A stretch of 64,000 nucleotides of DNA from Candidatus Angelobacter sp. (GTDB lineage Bacteria > Acidobacteriota > Terriglobia > Terriglobales > Acidobacteriaceae), in NCBI GenBank assembly GCA_036521855.1, contig DATDGY010000085.1, positions 87 to 64,086 of the forward strand. Reading direction: 5' to 3'. Shown piece after piece: positions 46,591 to 56,460 of this stretch. Positions within the stretch are counted from its first letter, which is position 1; each line of letters starts with the position of its first letter. A program made the translations under genes and the position numbers. The notes under the pieces were generated by a model. That model worked only from the letters and a program-made list of their open reading frames with translations, ran no database searches and had not been told where the DNA came from.

Positions 46591-46755
46591 ATGTCTGGAC
46601 CAACCCAACCCGCGCCGCCTTCTCCGGAAGCGCTCTACTGCCCGAATTGCTCTCGCGAAGTCACTGACCCGTTGATTTGCGGCGACTGCTCCGCCGTGAT
46701 CTGCCGTGTCTGCGGGACACCACTCGAATCCTCTGCCGATCTCGGGATCGGCTGA
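46591..46755 (+). CDS. small double zinc-ribbon protein (54 aa)
   Basis: ORF 46534..46755; start placed at ATG 46591. CPNC...CGDC...CRVC cysteine pairs. No clear SD. Confidence 0.3.
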   Translation: MSGPTQPAPPSPEALYCPNCSREVTDPLICGDCSAVICRVCGTPLESSADLGIG

Positions 46756-46766
46756 ACAGCTGCTTC

Positions 46767-47963
46767 CTATATCGGGGTCGCCGTCTTCCGCGCTGGATTG
46801 AAGAACGGCAACTTGACCACGGTGGCCGTCACCTTTTGTCGGACCGCCTCGATGGTGATCTCCATCTGCAGCTTTGTGGCCGGCTGGGAGTGGGCCGTAT
46901 CCACACTGGCCAGCGCGATCATCTTCTTCAACAACGGCGACCAGGTGGTGGAGGTAGCCTTCCCCACCTGCTTGCCGCCGAGGTACACTGGCACATGAAC
47001 GCGCGAAGCCTGCGACGGCGCAGCCGGGGTGAGGCCGAACTTTTCGTAGCGTTCCTCGATCTCGACCCAGTCCATCTCCAGCCCTACCAGTTGCCGCGGG
47101 ACACCGTTCTTCTGCTGTTCCGCCAATGCGGCGCGCCCGACAAAGTTCACTTTGTCGAGATGCACCATGCGGCCCAAGCCCAGCTCATAAGGCGAATACT
47201 TCTGCTCCTGGATGAGCGCCTTCTTGCTGCTGTTGTAATCGACTTCGATGAGGAGCAAGCCGGCTTCAATGCGCGCCACATCGAGGGCGAGCATGCCGGC
47301 GGGATGAATATCGAAAGGCCGGCCGGCTTCCATGAGTGCATCCCAGACCTTGACGGCATCGCTCCAGGGCGCCCAGATTTCATAGCCGAGATCGCCCGTA
47401 TAACCAGTACGCGAAATGTCCACCGCCACATCCGCTATCCGCCCGCTGGTCATGCGAAAGTATTTCAGATTGGCGATGTCAGCTTTGGCCACAATCTTTA
47501 GCAGCTTGCCAGAGGTCGGTCCTTGCAGCGCGAGTGCCGCGACCTGCTCGGAGATGTCTTCGATCCGAACGTCCATGTTGAGGCCATTCTGGCGAAACCA
47601 GCGCAAGCTGGGATCGGCGGCTGTCCAGCGATACTTGTTCTCTTCGAGGCGGGTGATGGTGCCGTCATCGATCACCATGCCCTGCTCGTCGCACCAGCAG
47701 CAATAGATCACCTGGCCGGGCTTGACCTTGTCGATGTCGCGCGTGATCACCCGGTTCACGAGTTTCGTCGCGTCCTTGCCCTCGACCAAATATTTGTACA
47801 GGGGCGTGATGTCGATGAGCGCGGCGGCGTTGCGGATAGCGTTGTACTCGTGCTCGTGGTGCACCTCGTAGGTGCTCACCGTGTAGTATCCCGACCACTC
47901 GCGATAATTCAGGCTGTGGCACAGGGCGAACGTACGTTCGTGGAATGCGGTCCCAACGGGCAA
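46767..47963 (-). CDS. aminomethyltransferase family protein (GcvT-like, folate-binding)
   Basis: ORF 46767..48176. GcvT-like sequence (NAAALIDITPLYKYLVEGKDA...ALQGP). Start placed at TTG 47963 with GAGGA 6 nt upstream. A TATAAT box at 47993-47988 lies inside the longer ORF version. Confidence 0.8.
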   Translation of the reverse strand: MPVGTAFHERTFALCHSLNYREWSGYYTVSTYEVHHEHEYNAIRNAAALIDITPLYKYLVEGKDATKLVNRVITRDIDKVKPGQVIYCCWCDEQGMVIDDGTITRLEENKYRWTAADPSLRWFRQNGLNMDVRIEDISEQVAALALQGPTSGKLLKIVAKADIANLKYFRMTSGRIADVAVDISRTGYTGDLGYEIWAPWSDAVKVWDALMEAGRPFDIHPAGMLALDVARIEAGLLLIEVDYNSSKKALIQEQKYSPYELGLGRMVHLDKVNFVGRAALAEQQKNGVPRQLVGLEMDWVEIEERYEKFGLTPAAPSQASRVHVPVYLGGKQVGKATSTTWSPLLKKMIALASVDTAHSQPATKLQMEITIEAVRQKVTATVVKLPFFNPARKTATPI

Positions 47964-48114
47964 GTGAAATCCTCGGCTCGATGGACGATTATACGAAAAC
48001 CCTACCACTGTTGACACTGATGGCACTGATTCACGCGGATGCGCTGACGGGTTCTTGTACCCGATCAAGCGCGTTTTTTTTTTACCCTCTAGAATGGTAT
48101 TGGTCCCAACGCAT

Positions 48115-49770
48115 ATGGCTTCTTCCAACGGTTCGAAACCCAAATACGACGTGATCGTGATTGGCGGCGGCCACAACGGGTTGACCCACGCCGCTTATCT
48201 CGCGCGTGCCGGCAAGAAGGTTCTGGTGCTGGAGCGCCGCCACGTGCTGGGCGGAGCCGCGGTCACTGAGGAAGTGTTTCCTGGATTCAAGTTTTCTGTA
48301 TGTTCTTACGTGGTCTCGCTGCTGCGGCCGGAGATCATCCGCGACCTCGACCTTCCCCGCCATGGCCTGGAGATCCTGCCGCTGGACGGCACCTTCACCC
48401 CCATGCCCAACGGCGACTACCTGTGGCGGGTGAACGACCACGGCAAAACCCGGCGGGAGATTGCCCGCCACTCCAAGCTCGACGCCGAAGCCTACGAGGA
48501 GTTCGGCAAGGCCATGCAGGCCATGTGCCGCTTTGTGAAGCCGATCCTGGGCATGGTGCCGCCTGATCCATCGACGCTCAATCCGCGCGAGTTGATGAAG
48601 CTGTTGTTCCTCGGGAGGCGTTTCCAGGGCCTGTCCTCTGAAGACAAGTACAACCAGGTGCAGTTGATGACCATGAGCGCCGTGGACTTTCTCGACCAAT
48701 GGTTCGAGACTGACGTCCTCAAAGCCACCATGTCCGCCTCCGGCATCATCGGGACGTTTCTTGGCGTGCGCTCACCGGGGACCGCTTACGTTCTGTTGCA
48801 CCACTACATGGGCGAGATTGACGGCGCGTTCCGGTCGTGGGGATTCTCCCGCGGAGGCACCGGCGCCATTTCCAACGCCATCGCCGAAGCCGCGCGCGAA
48901 GCCGGCGCCGAAATTCGCACTCAGGCGGCGGTGGCGCGGATCATCGTTAAGAATAACCGCGCTCAGGGTGTGGTGCTTGGCAACGGCGATGAAATTCGCG
49001 CCGACGTGGTCTCTTCCGGCGTTGATCCGCGTCTCACTTTCATCAAGTTCATCGAAGACGGGCTTCTGCCGGCTGAATTCCTTGAGGATGTCCAACGGTA
49101 CAAGTTTCGCGGGTCGTCGGGTAAAGTCAACATTGCGCTCGATGGCCTTCCCGATTTCAAGTGCCTGCCGGGACCGGGCGCTCACCTGCGCGGCGCCATC
49201 TCCATTTCGCCCAGCGTTGAATATATGGAGAGAGCTTATGACGATGCCAAGTACGGCAACTTTTCCCGGCGTCCCTACATAGATATGGTGATACCTTCAC
49301 TCACCGACCCATCGGTCGCGCCGCCGGGAAAGCACGTGATGTCCTGCTTCGTGCAATATGCACCCTACAAGCTGCGGCCGGGATTGAATTGGGACGAGCT
49401 GCGCGAAACCTTCGGTAACAACGTGATCGATACCATCGCCGAATACGCGCCCAATCTGAAGAACATCATCCTCAACAAGCAGGTGCTGACGCCGCTCGAT
49501 TTGGAGCGTGAGTTCGGACTGAGCGAAGGCAATATCTTTCAGGGTGAACTCTCGCTCGAACAGCTCTTCTTCCTGCGTCCGGTGCCGGGCTACGCACAGT
49601 TTCGCACGCCGATCAAGAACCTTTATATGTGCGGATCGGCCACGCATCCCGGGGGAGGCATCATGGGAGCGCCCGGCCGGCTGGCAGCCCTGGAGATTCT
49701 GAAAGACGTGAAGACCACTCCACCGCGCGCAAAACCGGCGCGCGTCGGGGACCCCGAAGGAGCCAGCTAA
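48115..49770 (+). CDS. NAD(P)/FAD-dependent oxidoreductase (phytoene-desaturase/PYROXD2-like family), copy 1
   Basis: Start placed at ATG 48115. Dinucleotide-binding motif YDVIVIGGGHNGL. 551 aa. Confidence 0.85.
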   Translation: MASSNGSKPKYDVIVIGGGHNGLTHAAYLARAGKKVLVLERRHVLGGAAVTEEVFPGFKFSVCSYVVSLLRPEIIRDLDLPRHGLEILPLDGTFTPMPNGDYLWRVNDHGKTRREIARHSKLDAEAYEEFGKAMQAMCRFVKPILGMVPPDPSTLNPRELMKLLFLGRRFQGLSSEDKYNQVQLMTMSAVDFLDQWFETDVLKATMSASGIIGTFLGVRSPGTAYVLLHHYMGEIDGAFRSWGFSRGGTGAISNAIAEAAREAGAEIRTQAAVARIIVKNNRAQGVVLGNGDEIRADVVSSGVDPRLTFIKFIEDGLLPAEFLEDVQRYKFRGSSGKVNIALDGLPDFKCLPGPGAHLRGAISISPSVEYMERAYDDAKYGNFSRRPYIDMVIPSLTDPSVAPPGKHVMSCFVQYAPYKLRPGLNWDELRETFGNNVIDTIAEYAPNLKNIILNKQVLTPLDLEREFGLSEGNIFQGELSLEQLFFLRPVPGYAQFRTPIKNLYMCGSATHPGGGIMGAPGRLAALEILKDVKTTPPRAKPARVGDPEGAS

Positions 49771-49773
49771 CTG

Positions 49774-51363
49774 ATGCCGGAGACGCGCGACGTCGTCATT
49801 GTTGGCGGCGGCCACAACGGGCTGGTGACTGCGTTTTACCTAGCCAAGGCCGGCTTCAAGCCTCTGGTGCTGGAGCGGCGTGCGCGGCCGGGAGGCGCTG
49901 CTGTCACCGAAGAATTTCACCCCGGTTTCCGCTGCTCCACTCTGGCTCATTCCGCCGGCCCGCTTCTGCCGGAAATTTTGCGCGACATGCAGCTTGCCCG
50001 CCACGGCCTCAAGCTCATCACTCCTGACGTCGGCGTCACCGCACTCTCCCCCGACGGCCGCGCCCTGGTTCTGTACAACGACATCAGTCGCGTTGCCCAG
50101 GAGATCGCGAAGTCTTCGGCGAAAGACGCGGCCCGGTATCCGGTATTTCGAGACGCGCTGGCGAGCATCAGCCGTGTGATCAGTGAAGTCCTCACACTCA
50201 CTCCGCCGAACATCGATGATCCCAGCCGCGCCGACCTGTGGAGCATGCTCAACACCGGGCGCTCGCTACGCAAATTGGGAAAGAAGAATCTGTACCGACT
50301 GCTGCGCTGGGGGCCGATGGCTGTGGCCGACCTGGTCGCGGAGTTCTTCGAGACCGAACTTCTCCGCGCCGCCGTGGCCGCGCGCGGAATTTTCGGGACC
50401 GCGCTGGGTCCGTGGTCGGCCGGCAGCAGCCTGGTTCTGCTCCTTCGCGCCGCGGGCGATTCGCATCCTGCCGGTTCGGCTTGGTTCGCCGCAGGCGGCA
50501 TGGGCGCGATCACGCAAGCGATGGCAGCTGCGGCCAAGGAAGCCGGCGTCGAAATCCGCACCAACGCCGAAGTCAAGGAAGTCCGCGTTAAAGATAGCGT
50601 CGCCAATGGCGTAGTCCTCCAGAATGGGAATGAGATCGGCGCCCGGGCCGTCATTTCCAACGCCGATCCCCGGCGCACATTGCTCACGCTGGTGGATCCC
50701 ATACATCTAACCCCCGATTTCGTCATGAAGCTCCAGCATTACCGGATGCACGGAACGGTGGCCAAAGTGAATCTGGCGTTGTCCGCGCTGCCTAAGTTCA
50801 CCGCGCTCGGCGCCGCCGCCACCGACCAAGCCCTCCGCGGCCGCATTCACATTGCACCTGAGATTGACTATCTGGAGCGCGCTTTTGACGAGTCGAAGTA
50901 CGGCAATTTCTCGTCGCATCCGTATCTGGAAGTCGCCATCCCTTCGCTCACTGATCCGTCGCTTGCTCCTTCCGGCAAGCATGTGATGTCCATCTACATG
51001 CAATATGCACCGTTCAAATTGAAGAGCGGCAATTGGGCGGACCGGCGCACTGACCTGGGAGAAACCATGGTCAAGACCCTGAGCGAATACGCGCCGGACT
51101 TGCCCGGACTTATCGAGGACGGCCAGATCATCACCCCGCAAGATCTGGAAGACACCTACGGGCTGACAGAAGGACATATCTTCCACGGAGAACTGGCTTT
51201 GGACCAGTTCTTTACCATGCGTCCGCTACTGGGCTGGGCGCGTTATCGCACGCCGATTAAGAACCTTTATCTATGCGGCTCAGGAACGCATCCCGGTGTG
51301 GGCTTGACAGGAGGTTCCGGAGTCAATGCCGCGCGGGAGCTCGTGAAAGCCTTGCGGCAGTAA
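49774..51363 (+). CDS. NAD(P)/FAD-dependent oxidoreductase (phytoene-desaturase/PYROXD2-like family), copy 2
   Basis: 529 aa. DVVIVGGGHNGL. Clear paralog of the upstream gene (shared blocks such as PSLTDPS.AP.GKHVMS, YAP.L, NLY.CGS.THPG). Confidence 0.85.
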   Translation: MPETRDVVIVGGGHNGLVTAFYLAKAGFKPLVLERRARPGGAAVTEEFHPGFRCSTLAHSAGPLLPEILRDMQLARHGLKLITPDVGVTALSPDGRALVLYNDISRVAQEIAKSSAKDAARYPVFRDALASISRVISEVLTLTPPNIDDPSRADLWSMLNTGRSLRKLGKKNLYRLLRWGPMAVADLVAEFFETELLRAAVAARGIFGTALGPWSAGSSLVLLLRAAGDSHPAGSAWFAAGGMGAITQAMAAAAKEAGVEIRTNAEVKEVRVKDSVANGVVLQNGNEIGARAVISNADPRRTLLTLVDPIHLTPDFVMKLQHYRMHGTVAKVNLALSALPKFTALGAAATDQALRGRIHIAPEIDYLERAFDESKYGNFSSHPYLEVAIPSLTDPSLAPSGKHVMSIYMQYAPFKLKSGNWADRRTDLGETMVKTLSEYAPDLPGLIEDGQIITPQDLEDTYGLTEGHIFHGELALDQFFTMRPLLGWARYRTPIKNLYLCGSGTHPGVGLTGGSGVNAARELVKALRQ

Positions 51364-51377
51364 AATTGAGGTCGAAG

Positions 51378-52514
51378 ATGTCTTCCTATTCCAACACTCG
51401 CCCCGCCGTCGCTGTCTCCGAGGCCATGACGCTTCCCCAGCGTTATTACACCAACCCGGATTGGTTCCAGCGTGAGATGGAAGCTATCCACTTCGACATG
51501 TGGCTGTGCGCTGGTCGCACCGGCCAGATTCCCAATGCAGGTGACTATTTCGTCCGGACCTTCGCCAACGCCAGCGTCATCATCGTGCGCGACGACAAGG
51601 GTGGGATCCGCGCCTTCCACAACGTCTGCCGGCATCGTGGGACGTTGCTTTGCCAGGAGCATGAAGGCAAGTTCGCCGGGCGAATCCAGTGCCAGTATCA
51701 CGCCTGGACCTACAAGCTCGACGGTACGCTGGCCAATGCGCCGCACATGGAGAAAGTGCAGGGCTTCCGCGAAGCTGACTATCCGCTGAACAGCGTTGCG
51801 ACCGCGGTGTGGGACGGCCACATCTTCATCAATCTCTCGGCGCGGCCAATTCCCTTCTCTGAGCACCTTGCCGGGCTCGACCAGAAGTTCCAGCCGTGGC
51901 GGATGGAAGATCTGCAGATGGTCGAACGCCGTGTCTATCACCTTAAGGCAAATTGGAAGTTGATCGTCCAGAATTACTCAGAGTGTTTGCACTGCCCCAT
52001 CGTTCATCCTCAGTTGCAGAAGTTCTCTCACTACATGAGCGGCGACAACGAACCGCCGCAACCAACGTATCTCGGCGGGCGCATGGACCTGCGCGACGGC
52101 GTGAAAAGCCTGACGATGACCGGCAGCACCGACCGCTGCCCGTTGCCGGGATTGCACAAAGACGACCAGCGCCGCGTCTACTACTACTGCCTGCTGCCCA
52201 ACTTCTTCCTCAACCTGCATCCCGACTACATGCTGACATTCACGCTATGGCCGCGCGCCGTAGACCGCACTGAGATCGTCTGCGAGTGGCATTTCCATCC
52301 CGACGAAATCCGCAAGCCCGGTTTCAACGCGCAGGACGCCATCGAGTTCTGGGACATCACCAACAAGCAGGATTGGGAACTGTCCGATCTGGCGCAGCAA
52401 GGCATCAGTTCCAAAGTCTATCAACCGGGTCCTTACTCCAACCGCGAAGAACTGCTCCTGGCGCTGGACCGTTTCGTGCTGGGACGAGTACAACAGCCCA
52501 GGCAGGCGAAATAA
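51378..52514 (+). CDS. Rieske [2Fe-2S] aromatic-ring-hydroxylating oxygenase alpha subunit-like protein
   Basis: ORF 51273..52514; start placed at ATG 51378 with GAGG upstream. Rieske motif CRHRG-x16-CQYHAW. Mononuclear-iron region NYSECLHCPIVHP. Confidence 0.85.
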   Translation: MSSYSNTRPAVAVSEAMTLPQRYYTNPDWFQREMEAIHFDMWLCAGRTGQIPNAGDYFVRTFANASVIIVRDDKGGIRAFHNVCRHRGTLLCQEHEGKFAGRIQCQYHAWTYKLDGTLANAPHMEKVQGFREADYPLNSVATAVWDGHIFINLSARPIPFSEHLAGLDQKFQPWRMEDLQMVERRVYHLKANWKLIVQNYSECLHCPIVHPQLQKFSHYMSGDNEPPQPTYLGGRMDLRDGVKSLTMTGSTDRCPLPGLHKDDQRRVYYYCLLPNFFLNLHPDYMLTFTLWPRAVDRTEIVCEWHFHPDEIRKPGFNAQDAIEFWDITNKQDWELSDLAQQGISSKVYQPGPYSNREELLLALDRFVLGRVQQPRQAK

Positions 52515-52605
52515 CCGGTCCGCATTAAATCAGCGAAAACGAAATGACAGGTTTACAATCGTAGTCCATAGTACGCCTGTGACTTTGGTCTTGAGCGAGG
52601 ACTCC

Positions 52606-53394
52606 ATGAGCACAAAGTTGTGGAACTGGCGGTTATGGGCCGCGTTTGGTCTTAGTCTTTTGGCCCTGTTGGTCTATGTGTTCTTCTTTCGGGAAACGCG
52701 CGCAGTCTTCTGGCCGAGCTTGGCGCTTCTGGCCGCGGCTGCCGTGCTGCTGGTTTCAGGGCTGAAACTTGTCTTTCGCGACCCGCAAACGTATCGCGGC
52801 AAGATCGCGGGACCCATCCTCGCCACCCTCAGTCTCGGAGTTCTTGCGCTCTTCGGCTTCGTGAGCTATTCCGTCTTCAAGAGTTTCCCGGCCGCGCGTA
52901 ACGCGCCCAAGGTGGGCCAGAAAGCCCCGGAATTCACGCTGGCAGACATCAACGGCAATCCTGTTTCGCTGACCCAGCTACTGGCAACGCCAATCCCGGA
53001 CTCATCCGTCGCTGCACGTGCTCCAAAAGGAGTCTTGGTGGTCTTTTACCGAGGCTATTGGTGAGGCTCCTGCACCTCCGAGTTACGGGGGATTGAAAAG
53101 GCCTTGAGCTCTCTGGAAGGTTCGGGAATCCGTCCGGTAGCCATCAGCGCCGATACACCGGAAGAGTCGCGCGAGCTGTGCCGCAAAGCCGGCCTTACGT
53201 TTCCAATCTTGTCCGACCGCAGCGCAGAAGCGATTCGCCATTATGATCTCCTGGTGGCCGGGGCCGGCGAAGATGGCCGCGACATTTCCGGCACCGCGGA
53301 GTTTCTGCTGGATTCCTCCGGAACGGTCCGCTGGCGAAAAATGTACGAGACAAAGGCGGAGCACTTTGTAGAGGCAGCAAAGACACTGGATTAG
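52606..53394 (+). CDS. membrane-anchored redoxin/peroxiredoxin-like protein with in-frame TGA (53062-53064) at the first position of the CxxC motif: candidate selenoprotein, or else a pseudogene
   Basis: ORFs 52579..53064 and 53104..53394 share one frame with no other stop between them. The joined sequence reads VVFYRGYW-[TGA]-GSC-TSELRG. AhpC/TSA-redoxin-like fold follows (FPILSD, LLDSSGTV). Confidence 0.55.
53065..53103 (+). promoter_or_regulatory. SECIS-like stem-loop immediately downstream of the in-frame UGA
   Basis: Inner stem CCUCCG (53075-53080) pairs with CGGGGG (53086-53091), one G-U pair, loop AGUUA. Outer stem GGCU (53065-53068) pairs with GGCC (53100-53103). The loop G lies 18 nt after UGA. 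Confidence 0.4.
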
Positions 53395-53406
53395 CGTCCT
53401 GCAAAA

Positions 53407-55608
53407 TCAGAACTTCGCCAAACCTTCCATCGCTTTGTACAAATCATCCGCCTGGGGCAGGATCACGTCTTCGAGCGCCGGCTGGTAGGCGACGAAAGTA
53501 TCGGTCGCGGCCACGCGCCGCACCGGAGCGTCCAGGTCTTCAAACAGCTCATCGGCAATGCGCGCGGCGATCTCGGCGCCGTAGCCGAAGCTGAGCACAT
53601 CTTCGTGAGCCACGATCACGCGGCTGGTCTTGCGTACGGAAAGGGCGATGGCATCCCAGTCGTATGGGCTCAGCGTGCGCAAGTCAATCAACTCCACGCT
53701 GATGGATTGCTCGCGCTCGATTCTCTGCGCGGCCTGCAATGCTCGCGGCACCACGGCTCCATAGGTGATCACGGTCAGGTCGCGGCCTTCTTTCACCGTC
53801 TTGGCTTTGCCGAAAGGAATCATGTGCTCAGGACCGGGATAGGGCGCGCGTCCGAAAGTTTCACGATAGAGGCGCTTGTGTTCCAGGAACAGCACCGGAT
53901 CGTCGCAACGGATGGCGGTGCGCAGCAGGCCGTTGGCATCGAGCGCGTTGGAGGGGAAGCACACGCGCAGCCCGGGGATGTGGGTAAAGATGCTCTCGCC
54001 GCATTGCGAGTGATAGATCGCGCCGCCGGTCAGGTACCCGCCAATCGCCACGCGGATGACGACCGGACAGGAGAAGTTACCGTTCGACCGCCAGCGAATC
54101 ACCGGGAGCTCGTTGCGCATCTGGTGCATGGCCGGCCAGATGTAGTCGAAGAACTGGATCTCCACCACCGGCTTCAGCCCGCGGGTGGCCATGCCGATGG
54201 CGCGGCCCACAATGTTGGCCTCGGCCAGCGGAGAATTGAATACGCGGTCGCTGCCGTACTCCATCTGCAATCCGGCGGTGAGCTTGAAGACACCGCCCTT
54301 GCCTTTGATCTGTTTTTTCTTCAGGTATTCGTCGCGGCTGCAATCGGCAACGTCCTCGCCGAAGACCACGATCCGTTCATCGCGCCGCATCTCGTCCTTC
54401 AGGCAGGCGTTGATTAGGTCGGCCATGGTCTTGTCCGCGCCCTGGGGTTGGGGCTGCGACTGCATCGTGCGCGTATCGAGGTCGGGCGAATAGACATGGT
54501 TGTAGATTGAATCTTGCGCCGGCGGAGCGGCTTTCTCGGCGCGATCTGAGGCCACTTGGACTTCGTCATCCACCGCTTTCTCCAGCCGGTCAATCTCTTT
54601 TTCGTCGAGAATGTTCTCCCGCACCAGGAACATTTGCATGCGGGTGATGGGATCGCGCTGCGCGTCTTTCTGGCGTTCGGCGTCGGGGCGATACAGACGC
54701 TCATCGTCGGAAAGCGAATGCGAGTACGGCCGGATCACGTGTCCATGCACCAGCGCCGGGCCCTTCCCCGAACGGCAATGCTCCACGGCGCGCTTGCACG
54801 CAGCATAACTGGCCACCGGGTCGGTGCCGTCCACCTCTTCTATAAGCAGGTTGGGAAAATTGCTGACCAGCCGGGATACGCTGCCGCCCGCTGTCTGCAC
54901 TTCAACGGGAACCGAGATGGCGTAACCGTTATCTTCAATCAGGAACAGCACCGGCACCTTTTCATTGCTGGCTGTGTTCATGGCTTCCCAGAACTCGCCC
55001 TCGCTGGTAGTACCGTCGCCGGCCGAGACATACGTAACTTCATCGCCGTGAAACGTGACGTCCTTGAACTGGCGGTAATCGCCTTCATGTTTTGCCGCGG
55101 CTTCGGGATGTCTGCTGAAGTAACGTCCGGCCTCGGCGCAACCCACAGCTTGCAGAAGCTGTGTGCCTGTGGGCGAAGACTGGGTAACGATATTCAAGGC
55201 TTTGTAACCCCAGTGGGAGGGCATCTGGCGTCCACCGGAGCTGGGATCATCCGCAGCGCCCACGGCTTGCAGAAGCATTTCGTATGGTGTGGCGCCCAGC
55301 GCCAGGCACAACGCCCGGTCGCGATAATAGGGATAGAACCAGTCGTAACCTGGCTTCAACGCCAGTGCCGCCGCCACGGTCAGTGCCTCATGGCCGGCGC
55401 CGGAAATCTGGAAGAAGATCTTTTGCTGGCGTTTGAGCAGAATCTCCCGATCGTCGACCTTCCGCGATAGATACATCAGGCGGTAAATCTCCACCAGTTG
55501 CTGGCGGGTCAGGCCTTCGTACGTCTTTTCGGCTGGCTTCCCGGTTGACGGGGACGCTTCTGCCACCGCAGAGGCATTCCTTTTCGACTCAGCCTTGGTG
55601 ACGGCCAT
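53407..55608 (-). CDS. thiamine-diphosphate-dependent 2-oxoacid dehydrogenase E1 component, fused alpha and beta subunits
   Basis: ORF 53407..55815; start placed at ATG 55608 with AAAGGAG upstream. The N-terminal half is E1-alpha-like ([15 protein letters not shown]..., [13 protein letters not shown]). The C-terminal half is E1-beta-like (transketolase pyrimidine-binding and C-terminal domains). Confidence 0.85.
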   Translation of the reverse strand: MAVTKAESKRNASAVAEASPSTGKPAEKTYEGLTRQQLVEIYRLMYLSRKVDDREILLKRQQKIFFQISGAGHEALTVAAALALKPGYDWFYPYYRDRALCLALGATPYEMLLQAVGAADDPSSGGRQMPSHWGYKALNIVTQSSPTGTQLLQAVGCAEAGRYFSRHPEAAAKHEGDYRQFKDVTFHGDEVTYVSAGDGTTSEGEFWEAMNTASNEKVPVLFLIEDNGYAISVPVEVQTAGGSVSRLVSNFPNLLIEEVDGTDPVASYAACKRAVEHCRSGKGPALVHGHVIRPYSHSLSDDERLYRPDAERQKDAQRDPITRMQMFLVRENILDEKEIDRLEKAVDDEVQVASDRAEKAAPPAQDSIYNHVYSPDLDTRTMQSQPQPQGADKTMADLINACLKDEMRRDERIVVFGEDVADCSRDEYLKKKQIKGKGGVFKLTAGLQMEYGSDRVFNSPLAEANIVGRAIGMATRGLKPVVEIQFFDYIWPAMHQMRNELPVIRWRSNGNFSCPVVIRVAIGGYLTGGAIYHSQCGESIFTHIPGLRVCFPSNALDANGLLRTAIRCDDPVLFLEHKRLYRETFGRAPYPGPEHMIPFGKAKTVKEGRDLTVITYGAVVPRALQAAQRIEREQSISVELIDLRTLSPYDWDAIALSVRKTSRVIVAHEDVLSFGYGAEIAARIADELFEDLDAPVRRVAATDTFVAYQPALEDVILPQADDLYKAMEGLAKF

Positions 55609-55702
55609 GGGGCTCCTTTGGTACTTCCGGATAGGGTCGGGGCGTGTTAGGTGTACTGTCCATTTTAAATCTTCCGGTCTCGCCGGGCTATACTGAAAAA
55701 AG

Positions 55703-56422
55703 ATGATTCGCAAAAATCGCGCCATCCCCGCGCATGACATCAAGCTCTTGATCTTCGACCTCGACGGCACCCTGGTGGACTCGCGCATCGATCTCTCCAA
55801 CTCCGTGAATGCCATGCTGCGCCACTATGAGCGTCCGGAGTTGCCGGCGGAGGTGATTGCCGGCTACATCGGCAACGGCGCGCCCATGCTGGTGCGGCGC
55901 TCCCTGGGCGATCCCGAGGACGAAAATTTCGTCCAGGAAGCGCTGCTTTATTTCATGACCTACTACCGCGAGCACAAACTGGATACAACCTACGTTTACG
56001 ACGGCGTCAAAGAATCGCTGGACGCCATCCGCTCCAGCCGCAACGGCGCGGGATCGCTCAAAATGGCGGTGTTGAGCAACAAGCCCGTTGTCCCATCCCG
56101 CGGCATCGTCGATGCGCTCGGCCTGGGACAATATTTCTTCCAGGTCTACGGCGGCAACAGCTTCCCGACCAAGAAACCCGATCCCGCCGGCGTGCGAGTA
56201 CTGCTGGAGGAAGCCGGCGCATATCCGCAGGAAGCGGTCATCATCGGCGATTCTGACGTCGACGTCATCACCGCGCGCAATGCCGGGACGTATTCCCTCG
56301 GCGTGACTTACGGCCTCGCCCCGCACACGCTCGAAGACGCGCCGCCTGACGTGTTGATCGACAAGCCTCATGAGCTGGCGCTGGTTTTGGGCAAGAGAGA
56401 GCAGGGCCGGCTGTCGTTCTAG
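55703..56422 (+). CDS. HAD family hydrolase (phosphoglycolate phosphatase-like)
   Basis: HAD motif [11 protein letters not shown], motif II LSNK, motif IV GDSDVD. Confidence 0.8.
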   Translation: MIRKNRAIPAHDIKLLIFDLDGTLVDSRIDLSNSVNAMLRHYERPELPAEVIAGYIGNGAPMLVRRSLGDPEDENFVQEALLYFMTYYREHKLDTTYVYDGVKESLDAIRSSRNGAGSLKMAVLSNKPVVPSRGIVDALGLGQYFFQVYGGNSFPTKKPDPAGVRVLLEEAGAYPQEAVIIGDSDVDVITARNAGTYSLGVTYGLAPHTLEDAPPDVLIDKPHELALVLGKREQGRLSF

Positions 56423-56460
56423 ATCCATTCCCAGGTTGCCCTTCCTAGACAGAGAGAAAA

